Assembly: GCA_035510635.1 (NCBI GenBank)
Contig: DATKGU010000006.1
Span: forward strand, 1-61,403
Reading direction: 5' to 3'
Origin: Minisyncoccota bacterium
GTDB taxonomy: Bacteria; Patescibacteriota; Minisyncoccia; Phycocordibacterales; SBAW01
DNA length: 61,403 nucleotides
Below the pieces are notes generated by a model. That model was given only the letters and a program-made list of their open reading frames with translations. It searched no databases and was not told the origin of the DNA. This document shows, piece after piece, positions 15,778 through 24,214 of the stretch. Every line of letters starts with the position of its first letter. The stretch's first letter is position 1. Made by a program: the position numbers and the translations under genes.

Positions 15778-16530
15778 TTACATGTATTGGAGCAATGTGT
15801 TGTAGGGACCCGAAAATAGGCTAAAACCCCACGTGACCAAGAGCCCCATATCGCCGAGGAGCATGAGGACGCCGAGCGCAATCAATATAATGCCGCCAAC
15901 CAAAGAGAGGTCATTTACAAAGGTTGCGTATTTTTTTATAAACTCTCCCGCCTCGTTGAGCAAAAGAGCGACGCCAATAAATGGTATGCCGAGCCCCAGC
16001 GAAAATACCGTAAGCAAAAGCGCTCCCTGCGTGCTCGTTGCCGAGGTACTCGCAAAAAGCAATAGGCTGCCGAGAACCGGGCCAATGCAAGGGCTCCACC
16101 CAAGCGCAAAAAGTGCGCCAATAAGCGCCGAGCTGTGCGGCTTGCCGATAGTCAAAAAGTGCGGGATGGCCATGCGCTTATCGCTCCCAAGTATTGGTAT
16201 GCGTAATACGCCGAGCATGGTGAGACCAAAAATAATAATAATGGCACCGGCAATCCGCCCCAATGTGTCGCGCCATGGCCCGAGCAAACTACCCGCCTCG
16301 GCTGCAAACGTGCCGAGCAAAATAAACACCAGCGAGAAACCCAGCACAAATGCAATAGCATTAATAAGCACGCGCCGCCGCGCGCGGCCGGTAGATACCG
16401 CGCCTTCAGGTACGCCGGCTATAAACGCCAAATATCCGGGCACGATAGGCAATGTGCACGGCGCCAAAAACATTAAAAGACCGGCAAGAAAAGCAGCGGG
16501 AAAAAGAGCAAACGGATCGAGCGGCGTCAT
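15778..16530 (-). CDS. ccdA: CcdA/DsbD-family thiol-disulfide transporter (cytochrome c biogenesis CcdA-like)
   Basis: Polytopic membrane protein with FLAPCTLPIVPGYL and GWSPCIGPVLG Cys motifs. Start trimmed to ATG 16530 (MTPLDPF), 4 nt after the NUDIX stop; the longest ORF extends to 16578. Confidence 0.8.
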   Translation of the reverse strand: MTPLDPFALFPAAFLAGLLMFLAPCTLPIVPGYLAFIAGVPEGAVSTGRARRRVLINAIAFVLGFSLVFILLGTFAAEAGSLLGPWRDTLGRIAGAIIIIFGLTMLGVLRIPILGSDKRMAIPHFLTIGKPHSSALIGALFALGWSPCIGPVLGSLLLFASTSATSTQGALLLTVFSLGLGIPFIGVALLLNEAGEFIKKYATFVNDLSLVGGIILIALGVLMLLGDMGLLVTWGFSLFSGPYNTLLQYM

Positions 16531-16534
16531 ATCT

Positions 16535-16993
16535 CTATTGTATCTCAGCTGCTTCGATTTTGCCTCGCACGCGTGCAAAAAACTCTTTGTCTTTAGGATG
16601 CGTCAAGAGTTCAAGGGCTTCATCTGGTGTGACCCAGCGCACATCGGTCGTCTCGACATTGTCGGGCTTTGGCGAGGCATGAGTGCTAAACAAAAAGAGT
16701 GTGCGCGGGCGCAACCCCAACTCCTTTTGCTCACCCACGCCGTCTTTTGCTATCGAGTAACGTTCGTAGGTACCAAGCTCGGAGAGCAGTGTGAGCTCGG
16801 CAATACCCGCCTCTTCGGCAATCTCGCGCCGCGCCGCCGCGAGCGCACTCTCGCCCGGCTCGATCCCGCCTTTGGGGAAAGACCACGAGTTGTTGTGCTG
16901 ATGCACGAGCAACACCTTACCCTCGGAGTTTAAAATAATTCCTCCTGCAGATGCGCGCGGCAGCATATTGCTACAGTGTACCCCAAGAGTCAA
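16535..16993 (-). CDS. NUDIX hydrolase
   Basis: Nudix box GGIEPGESALAAARREIAEEAGI. Confidence 0.9.
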   Translation of the reverse strand: MTLGVHCSNMLPRASAGGIILNSEGKVLLVHQHNNSWSFPKGGIEPGESALAAARREIAEEAGIAELTLLSELGTYERYSIAKDGVGEQKELGLRPRTLFLFSTHASPKPDNVETTDVRWVTPDEALELLTHPKDKEFFARVRGKIEAAEIQ

Positions 16994-17017
16994 AATAACG
17001 TTATATAATCGGGGTGT

Positions 17018-18058
17018 ATGAAGCGCACCGCCGCTGGTTTTACACTCATGGAGATATTGCTGGTCATAACCATCATCGGCATTCTTGCCGTTATCGTTAT
17101 GACAGGTTTGAGCACGGCACGCTCCAAGGCGCGCGACGCCGAGCGCCTAACCGACCTCCAAACTATCGCGAGCGCACTTGAGTTTTATTACGACAGTACT
17201 GGGCACTACCCTGTCGCCACAGGAGAAGTAACCGAGTGTGAACATGCCGGCAATTGGATACCAGACGGCACCAATTACAACTGGAGCACTCAATACATTG
17301 CAACACTACCGCGCGACCCGGCCGAAAACTGCACCGACAGCAATCCCCAGACATACGCATATCAAAGCGACGGCAACACGTACCAGCTCACCACTACGCT
17401 CGAAAACCCTTCGCCTCCTTCAACGACAAATCAAACGTTCGTGTACAATGGCTCGTCATTCCAGCCGGTCCCAGCAGACACAACTCCCATCGGGGTCTCG
17501 TTAAACTCGTCGGTATCAAACCCCACAAACCAATCACCCATACCGATTGTTGTCACCTTCTCGCGGGCAGTTGTCGACTTTAGCGAGGCAAGCCTCTCCC
17601 TCGTCCATGGCATTGTGAGCGGCTTTTCGGAAGTACTCGCATCGGTCTTCGATGTGTTTATCACTCCGACCGACAACAACACCGTGGTGGTGAGTATCAA
17701 CGGCGGCGCGGTGCATGACCAAAACGGCGTCGGCAATGCGGCGGCGCAATTTACCATCACCTACGACTCACTCTTGCCGCATGCGGCGCTCTCGCCCGAC
17801 CCTCTGCCTTCGAGCGTTTCGGGACCATTCACGGTGAGCGTTAATTTTACCGTTGCTGTAATCGACTTTTCGGCGACCAGTATCTCCATTGCCAACGGGA
17901 GCGTGACCAGCTTTACCGAACAAGATGGTTCCGACTACACCTTTACGGTAACGCCCACTACCCACGGCACCGTGTCGGTATCAATCCCCGGCGGTATAAC
18001 ACACAGTGCAGCCGGCAACGGCAACGTCGCCTCCAACGTTATCTCCACCACGTATTAA
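17018..18058 (+). CDS. Type IV pilin-like protein with two C-terminal Ig-like repeats
   Basis: Prepilin-type N-terminus MKRTAAGFTLMEILLVITIIGILAVIV (G/FTLxE cleavage-methylation motif plus a hydrophobic helix). Two roughly 80-aa repeats each end in a GN-containing strand (HDQNGVGNAAA and HSAAGNGNVAS). Confidence 0.85.
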   Translation: MKRTAAGFTLMEILLVITIIGILAVIVMTGLSTARSKARDAERLTDLQTIASALEFYYDSTGHYPVATGEVTECEHAGNWIPDGTNYNWSTQYIATLPRDPAENCTDSNPQTYAYQSDGNTYQLTTTLENPSPPSTTNQTFVYNGSSFQPVPADTTPIGVSLNSSVSNPTNQSPIPIVVTFSRAVVDFSEASLSLVHGIVSGFSEVLASVFDVFITPTDNNTVVVSINGGAVHDQNGVGNAAAQFTITYDSLLPHAALSPDPLPSSVSGPFTVSVNFTVAVIDFSATSISIANGSVTSFTEQDGSDYTFTVTPTTHGTVSVSIPGGITHSAAGNGNVASNVISTTY

Positions 18059-18072
18059 AAACGCAGGCGGTG

Positions 18073-20574
18073 TTATTTTTTAGCAGCCATTAAACGCTGG
18101 TGCTCTTCGGTATTTTTTAGGCCGCAGTTTTTCCACTTTTTGCCGCTTCCGCACGGACACGGGTCGTTGCGGTGTATCTCTCCCACGGGTGCACTCCCTT
18201 GCGGCGGCATCGTGAGATTAATAACCGGCGCTGGTGCGGCCGTTATTGTTGTATTTGAAATTCCTTCTTTGGTGAGCCGGCCGAGCTGGTCAAACACACG
18301 CTCGGTGAGGAGTGCCTCCATTTCTTTATATATATGAGTGCCCTCTTTGCGGTACTCCACCAAGGGGTCCCTTTGGCCATAGGCGCGCAAGTTTACCGAG
18401 CCGCGCAAATACTCCATCGCCTCAAGATGATCAACCCAGAGCATGTCGAGTGTTTGGAGGATAATCGTGCGTGCAATCGCAAGTAGCGCATCGCGGCCGA
18501 GCTCTTCTTGTTTTTTACCGAGTATCGAAAGTGCCTCCTCGTTGCCGAGCGCAAGTTCCATCAATACGGAGTCCACCTCTTCGTCGGAACCAACCAGCAC
18601 CGCACGGCGCTTGGCGTAAATAGCACGGCGCTGTTTGTCGAGCACATTGTCGTACTCAAGCACGTGTTTGCGCGAGTCAAAGTTAAATCCCTCAATTTTT
18701 GTTTGTGCGCTCTCGAGCGCGCGCGTGACCATCGAGTTTTCTATCGCCTCATCCTCGGGGATGCCAAAGCGGCCCATCAAGCCTTTGATAGTGTCGGAAG
18801 CAAACACGCGCATCAAATTATCTTCGAGTGACACAAAAAAGCGCGTCTCGCCTGGGTCGCCTTGGCGGCCGCTTCTGCCGCGGAGTTGGTTGTCGATGCG
18901 GCGCGCCTCGTGCCGCTCGGTACCGAGCACATACAAGCCACCGAGCGCTTTGACCTCTTCATGCTCCTGGGCGCTCGCAAGCGCGCCGCCGAGTTTGATG
19001 TCGACGCCGCGGCCCGCCATGTTGGTTGCCACCGTTACTTTGCCCTTTTTCCCTGCTGCCGACACAATCTCACCTTCGTGCTCGTGATTTTTAGCATTCA
19101 AAATTTCATGCGGGACGCCCTCGCGTTTGAGATAGGCCGAGAGCAGCTCGTTTTTTTCGATCGAGACCGTGCCGATAAGCACCGGCTGGCCTTTTTCGTG
19201 CAGTGCTTTAACCGAGCGCGCGATTGCGGCAAACTTGCCTTTCTCGGTTTGGAAGATAAGGTCGTTTTCGTCTTTGCGCACTACCTTGCGATTGGTGGGT
19301 ATCTCCACCACCTCGAGCCCGTACACTTTGTAAAACTCCTCGGCCGATGTTTTGGCGGTGCCGGTCATGCCCGAGAGTTTTTCGTACAGGCGAAAGTAAT
19401 TTTGATACGTAATCGAGGCATAGGTGCGGCTCTCTTTTTGCACCACCACGCCCTCTTTTGCCTCAATGGCCTGATGGAGCCCCTCGCTCCAGCGGCGCCC
19501 CGGTTGCATGCGGCCGGTAAACTCGTCAACAATGACAATGTCGCTCCCGCGCACCACATACTCTTTGTCTTTGTGGAAAAGCGCCTTGGCGCGCACGGCT
19601 GTTTCGAGATGGTGCACGTATTTAATGCCCTTTTCGGTATACATGTTTTCGATACCGAGCAACTTTTCGGCCTTTTCGATGCCTGCGTCGGTAAGCTGGA
19701 TGGCTTTTTGTTTTTCGTCGACGGTGTAATGCTCCTCCTGCGTAAGTTGTGCGGCAATGCCGGCAAACGTGCGATACAAATCCTCCGAGTCGGAGGAGGG
19801 CGCCGATATAATAAGCGGCGTGCGCGCTTCGTCTATCAATATGGAGTCAATTTCGTCGACGATGGCATAAAAGTGGCCCCGCTGGCGCAACTCATCGCGT
19901 TTGTATGAGATGTTGTCGCGCAAATAATCAAAGCCAAACTCCGAGTTGGTGCCGTAGGTAATGTCGGCTTGATACGCCTCGGGCCGCGTGCACGGCCTCA
20001 AAAAGTCATAAAACACTCTAAAGCTCCCTTCTTCGTCGCGCATGGCGTCTTCCTCTTTTTCAATGTGGGAAGAATCATATATATATGAGTTGTCAGTATT
20101 GATGATGCCCACCGACATGCCGAGCCCTTCATACACTTGCCCCATCCACGCGGCGTCGCGGCGTGCAAGATAGTCGTTGACGGTAATAATATGCACGCCC
20201 TTTCCAACCAGTGCATTGAGATACGCCGGCAAGGTTGCAACGAGCGTTTTACCCTCGCCGGTTTTCATCTCTGCGATGCCGCGATTGTTAAGCACGATGC
20301 CTCCCACCAATTGCACGTCGAAGGGGCGCAGTTTAACCGTGCGCCGAGCCGACTCCCGCACGGCCGCAAAGGCGTCGGGCAAGATGTCATCCAACGACTC
20401 GCCGGCCGTGAGGCGCGCTCGGAGCGCAAACGTTACCTCGCGCAGTTGCTCATCGTTTAGGGCGCGGTACTTGTCCTCAAGCGCTTGTATGGCCTCCACT
20501 AAGGGTTTGGTGCTTTTGAGGAGTTTGTCCGACGGGTCACCGAAGAAGGTTTTTAAACTAATCATGAGAGTCAT
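18073..20574 (-). CDS. secA: Preprotein translocase ATPase SecA
   Basis: Walker A MKTGEGKTLV, DEAD-like DEIDSILIDEARTPLIIS, and C-terminal zinc finger CPCGSGKKWKNCG. The M at 20586 in the track is a TTG. The first ATG is 20574 (MTLMISLK); ATG 20565 is also possible. Confidence 0.97.
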   Translation of the reverse strand: MTLMISLKTFFGDPSDKLLKSTKPLVEAIQALEDKYRALNDEQLREVTFALRARLTAGESLDDILPDAFAAVRESARRTVKLRPFDVQLVGGIVLNNRGIAEMKTGEGKTLVATLPAYLNALVGKGVHIITVNDYLARRDAAWMGQVYEGLGMSVGIINTDNSYIYDSSHIEKEEDAMRDEEGSFRVFYDFLRPCTRPEAYQADITYGTNSEFGFDYLRDNISYKRDELRQRGHFYAIVDEIDSILIDEARTPLIISAPSSDSEDLYRTFAGIAAQLTQEEHYTVDEKQKAIQLTDAGIEKAEKLLGIENMYTEKGIKYVHHLETAVRAKALFHKDKEYVVRGSDIVIVDEFTGRMQPGRRWSEGLHQAIEAKEGVVVQKESRTYASITYQNYFRLYEKLSGMTGTAKTSAEEFYKVYGLEVVEIPTNRKVVRKDENDLIFQTEKGKFAAIARSVKALHEKGQPVLIGTVSIEKNELLSAYLKREGVPHEILNAKNHEHEGEIVSAAGKKGKVTVATNMAGRGVDIKLGGALASAQEHEEVKALGGLYVLGTERHEARRIDNQLRGRSGRQGDPGETRFFVSLEDNLMRVFASDTIKGLMGRFGIPEDEAIENSMVTRALESAQTKIEGFNFDSRKHVLEYDNVLDKQRRAIYAKRRAVLVGSDEEVDSVLMELALGNEEALSILGKKQEELGRDALLAIARTIILQTLDMLWVDHLEAMEYLRGSVNLRAYGQRDPLVEYRKEGTHIYKEMEALLTERVFDQLGRLTKEGISNTTITAAPAPVINLTMPPQGSAPVGEIHRNDPCPCGSGKKWKNCGLKNTEEHQRLMAAKK

Positions 20575-20583
20575 ACAATACCA

Positions 20584-20624
20584 CAAACGAAAAAGAAAAT
20601 CGTCCCGCGTACGGGACGATTTTC
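20584..20624 (-). terminator. Strong intrinsic terminator/attenuator hairpin immediately upstream of the secA start
   Basis: The minus strand reads GAAAATCGTCCCG-TACG-CGGGACGATTTTC (13-bp perfect stem) followed by TTTTTCGTTTG. The T-tract ends about 10 nt before ATG 20574. Confidence 0.6.
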
Positions 20625-20637
20625 TATCGAGAGGATT

Positions 20638-20662
20638 CTGTTTTGATACAAGGTCAAAACAG
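20638..20662 (-). promoter_or_regulatory. Perfect 9-bp hairpin in the secA leader
   Basis: CTGTTTTGA-(7 nt)-TCAAAACAG, located between the 15-codon uORF stop (20670) and the terminator hairpin. Confidence 0.4.
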
Positions 20663-20914
20663 TAGAGCCTTAGCGGCGCTTTTTAGCAGCCTTCTTTGCT
20701 TTCTTTTTCTTTGCCATAATATATTTCAGCTTGCGCCGAATATTGGGTTGCGCATCGATCGACCACTCACGACGTTTCCCTAGGAGAGCGCGGCGTGAGC
20801 AAACTCGATGCTCTACCATAAGTATCAAGCAACTGACCTATATACACAATGAAAAAAAATTTGTATCTGTGGATAACTCTTAGAGTGAAATTTAAAAATA
20901 TTTTTCAAAAAAAT

Positions 20915-21934
20915 TTATAGCACACGCACTTCTTCTTCAATTTCGATATGTAATTTTTCTTGTACTTCTTTTTTTATTTTTTGCGCGAGCGTATATACAT
21001 CACTCGCCGGCGTATTTTTTTTTGCCACAATCACCAGCGGCTGTTTTTCGTACAGGCGTGCGCCTCCCACCGTTGCACCTTTAAGGTTAAGTGCGTGGTC
21101 GAGTAGCCACGCCAGCGGCACTTTAACACCCGTGGTTTCGGGCATATCAAAAAGAGGCATATCAGGATAATGCGCTTTAAGTACTTCTGCCTCCGCAAGG
21201 GGCACTATAGGGTTTTTAAAGAAGGAACCGGCTGTGCCCTCAACGGTTAAATCGGGAAATTTGGCTTTGCGTATGTCGAGCACAGCGGCACGTATGGCTG
21301 TAATGTCAGGTTGCGCCTCTGCAAAGCGCGCCGCCAGGTCTTTATATAAAACATTGGGCTTTGGCGTGTGTGAAAGTGTAAATGCGGCGCGGAGCACCAC
21401 GTGCTGGCCTTTGTCGTGTTTAAAAAAACTTTCGCGATAGCCAAACGCACACTCGGCATTACTCATTTTTTTAATCTCGCCGAGAGTTGTGTCGAGCACC
21501 TCAACCCACAAAAGCGTTTGCGAGAGCGCCGCGCCATACGCGCCGATGTTTTGCACCACCGCACCCCCCACCGTGCCGGGGATACCGGAGAGATTTTCGA
21601 GCCCCCAACAATTTTGCTCTACCACTTGTTCAACAATTTTGTCCCACGACTCGCCCCCTCTAGCAATAAGTATTTTTTTGTTTGCATCGTGCCCCTCGTC
21701 CTCAAACTCAAGCCCTCGCAATTCAACTTTTATCACCAAACCGTCCCAGCCTGCGTCAGAGACAAGTATATTGGAACCCCCGCCCAACATCAGCACCGGT
21801 TGATGTTGATCTCGAGCAAAGTCGAGGGACTTTTTTAACTCTTCGATTGAAGTAACCCGTACAAAGTAACGCGCCAAACCTCCTATCCCAAAAGTAGTGT
21901 AAGGCGCAAGCAAAACATGTTCGTCAATCTGCAT
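20915..21934 (-). CDS. murB: UDP-N-acetylenolpyruvoylglucosamine reductase
   Basis: 339 aa. FAD-binding N-terminus YTTFGIGGLARYF and LGGGSNILV, followed by a MurB C-terminal domain. Confidence 0.95.
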   Translation of the reverse strand: MQIDEHVLLAPYTTFGIGGLARYFVRVTSIEELKKSLDFARDQHQPVLMLGGGSNILVSDAGWDGLVIKVELRGLEFEDEGHDANKKILIARGGESWDKIVEQVVEQNCWGLENLSGIPGTVGGAVVQNIGAYGAALSQTLLWVEVLDTTLGEIKKMSNAECAFGYRESFFKHDKGQHVVLRAAFTLSHTPKPNVLYKDLAARFAEAQPDITAIRAAVLDIRKAKFPDLTVEGTAGSFFKNPIVPLAEAEVLKAHYPDMPLFDMPETTGVKVPLAWLLDHALNLKGATVGGARLYEKQPLVIVAKKNTPASDVYTLAQKIKKEVQEKLHIEIEEEVRVL

Positions 21935-21943
21935 AACGCAGTA

Positions 21944-24196
21944 CTACGGCTTGAGTGTGCCGGCGTTGAGTTGGGTGACAAACGATTGTATCTGGGTTGA
22001 GAGGCTGGGGTTGGCGGCGCTCAGTTTGTCGAGTGTTGCGACCGCAGCCGCTTTATTGCCATCGGCAAAGTAGCGGAGTATTGCTCCGGCAACCGCCGAT
22101 TGTATGTCGGTGGGGTCTTTGGCAACACGCGCGGCGTATACATCGGCAACGCGGCCATATTGCTTGGTGGTGTACCACGCCTGCAGCAAGCGCTGGTCGT
22201 CGTACTCCACGGTGCCAAAGCGCGCTTGCAACAAAGCATCTGCCTGCGCGTTATCGCCATTGTAATAGAGCCCGGTTGCGTAAAAGATGAGCGCATCATT
22301 GTACGAAGGGTCTTCGTTGTAGGCTGCTGCGAGCGGCACGAGCGCGTCTTTTGTATCACCCTCGGCAAGGTATGTCGCGCCGAGTTCAAACATTATTTGT
22401 TGTTTTTGAGGCGAGTCGACTAAGCCGGCATTGAGATGCGCAAGCGCGTCGGGGTACTGCGCAAACTGGTCAAGAAACACGCCGTAAAAGAGCTCGAGGC
22501 GCGCGTCGCCCGGGCGCTGTGTCATGAGCGCGTCGGCGCTGGTGCGGGTGAGCGCATAGGCCTGCTCTTTGGCTGTCGGGCTTACCGACGTATCGGGCGC
22601 GATGTTGTTTGACGCAAATTGGAAGAGCTGCTCAACCGTTTCTTGATAACCTAAACCTTTGCCGTAGTTGAGCGCTTTTTGGAACGAGGCAAGATTCTCC
22701 GAAGGGTCCTTGGCCGCGCCGGTTGTTTGGTTGACCGTCGTGAGCGCATCAATAAGCGTTGAAGCGCGCGCAATACCGGAGCCGTTGAGCATCCAGCCTC
22801 CCCACACCAAGACCACCAGCACGATGGGCGCCGCCACTGCCACGGCACGGTCATCGAGCGGCCGCGACATAAACATCCATCCTGGCAATTTTTTACTCGA
22901 GAGGCCGTGCGCAAACGCGAGAATAAACGCAAAGTACGCGTAGCTTATGAGATTGTCGAACACGAGCAAATTGTTAAACGCATACGCGGCAAGGAGGCCG
23001 AGCAACACCGCTTGCTCGGGCGCCTCGAGCTCGCTCTTTACCACCGCCCACGCGGCAAGCACAAAGAGCGTTATATATAAGAGGAACGCCGGCAGGCCGC
23101 CGTCGATGGCCCAGTCGATAAACTGATTGTGTGCCCTGTCAAACCACTGCTCTTGGTCGTACATGGAGGGCACATAATATTTGTTGAAGACAAAGCTAAA
23201 GTTTTCTTGCCCCCAGCCGAGCACTATTGTCTTGGGGCTTTGCTTAAAACCCTCCCACGCCTCGCCCCAGATGGTAAGGCGCGATGCAGTGGTGCGGTCG
23301 ACAAGCGAGATGGATGCAAAGCGCGAGAGCGTATCAGAGTGCTGTACAAACGGCGTATTTTTTGCGCCGATAAATACTACAACTAGTACAACTACAGCTC
23401 CAAGGCCCCACATCGAGTAGGTGCGCAGGCGCTTCCACTCGGCATCGCGTGCTTTCCACACTATATAGAGCGCCGCGATAATCAAACCGCCGAGCGCTCC
23501 CAAAAGCGTGCCGCGCGTCTCGGTGTAATAGAGGCCAATAACCTGGAGCACTATAGCGATGCCGTAAAATATCCACGCGCCGCGGTTTTTGCGCTCGCGG
23601 ATGAGCAAAAAGAGCGCAATAAAAAGGTTAAAGAGCATAAACACGGCGAGGTAGGTGGCGTTGCCAAAGGTGGTGTCCGCGCGCGCGCCGCTTTGCGAGC
23701 TCGGTGCAAATCCAAAGAGGTGGAATATCTGCAGCACCGCATACACGCCTTGGAGCATACTTGCCGCAATCGATACTTGAAAGAACTTTTCCCACCACTT
23801 CTCCGCGGTGAGCATAGCGCCGGAGATTACAAACAGTACAAAGAGGTGAAGGAGCGTGATGTAGCCGTCCATGCGCTCAAAGTTGCTCCAAAAGCTTTTT
23901 GACGGGTCAACGGAGAAGATAGTGGCAACGGCCATCCACAGCACCATGGCGCCAAAAGTCCAGCACAAGCTTGATGAACGCGGGCGGTACTTAGGCTCGC
24001 GTATGGCGAGCAGCACATAGAGCGCAAGCAATATCTCTACGAGGATGCGAAATGCAAAGTTTTTGCCCGTAATGTACGGGAAAAAGAGGTTGGGGATGAT
24101 GCCTCCGAGCGAGCCATCGGCCACAATAAACGAGATAAAAGGAACAAGACACAAACCGATAATAAGCGCCCAGCGCAAAACTCGCGTATAAGTCAT
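21944..24196 (-). CDS. O-antigen-ligase/Wzy_C-family polytopic membrane protein with a C-terminal TPR-like domain
   Basis: 750 aa with about 12 hydrophobic segments and a Wzy_C-like loop YYTETRGTLLGALGGLII. The C-terminal ~270 aa are soluble and helical-repeat-like (LELFYGVFLDQFAQYPDALAHLNAGL, LGATYLAEGDTKDALVPLAAAY). Confidence 0.8.
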   Translation of the reverse strand: MTYTRVLRWALIIGLCLVPFISFIVADGSLGGIIPNLFFPYITGKNFAFRILVEILLALYVLLAIREPKYRPRSSSLCWTFGAMVLWMAVATIFSVDPSKSFWSNFERMDGYITLLHLFVLFVISGAMLTAEKWWEKFFQVSIAASMLQGVYAVLQIFHLFGFAPSSQSGARADTTFGNATYLAVFMLFNLFIALFLLIRERKNRGAWIFYGIAIVLQVIGLYYTETRGTLLGALGGLIIAALYIVWKARDAEWKRLRTYSMWGLGAVVVLVVVFIGAKNTPFVQHSDTLSRFASISLVDRTTASRLTIWGEAWEGFKQSPKTIVLGWGQENFSFVFNKYYVPSMYDQEQWFDRAHNQFIDWAIDGGLPAFLLYITLFVLAAWAVVKSELEAPEQAVLLGLLAAYAFNNLLVFDNLISYAYFAFILAFAHGLSSKKLPGWMFMSRPLDDRAVAVAAPIVLVVLVWGGWMLNGSGIARASTLIDALTTVNQTTGAAKDPSENLASFQKALNYGKGLGYQETVEQLFQFASNNIAPDTSVSPTAKEQAYALTRTSADALMTQRPGDARLELFYGVFLDQFAQYPDALAHLNAGLVDSPQKQQIMFELGATYLAEGDTKDALVPLAAAYNEDPSYNDALIFYATGLYYNGDNAQADALLQARFGTVEYDDQRLLQAWYTTKQYGRVADVYAARVAKDPTDIQSAVAGAILRYFADGNKAAAVATLDKLSAANPSLSTQIQSFVTQLNAGTLKP

Positions 24197-24214
24197 AGGA
24201 AAAACTATACCACA

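Noticed and set aside
15833-16933. A 366-aa plus-strand ORF, and similar long antisense ORFs (18862..19908 + inside secA; 43610..44236 - inside the kinase gene; 53835..54449 - inside mpl; 59196..59849 + inside the fusion gene).
   Set aside because: Each is antisense to a gene with unambiguous family motifs. Each shows low-complexity Arg/Ala/Ser-rich composition typical of shadow frames.
20670-20717. Calling the 15-codon MAKKKKAKKAAKKRR ORF as a bona fide gene, for example a tiny basic ribosomal-type peptide.
   Set aside because: It has no Shine-Dalgarno sequence, it is too short for any statistical support, and I know of no such family. It is reported only as part of the secA-leader hypothesis.
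20718-20914. Possible small RNA gene (SRP RNA, leader or riboswitch) in the murB-secA spacer; it contains the stem CTCACG...CGTGAG and a GGGAAAC loop.
   Set aside because: I could not match the conserved SRP domain IV sequence or any riboswitch core I know. Only short stems are present. It remains uncalled.
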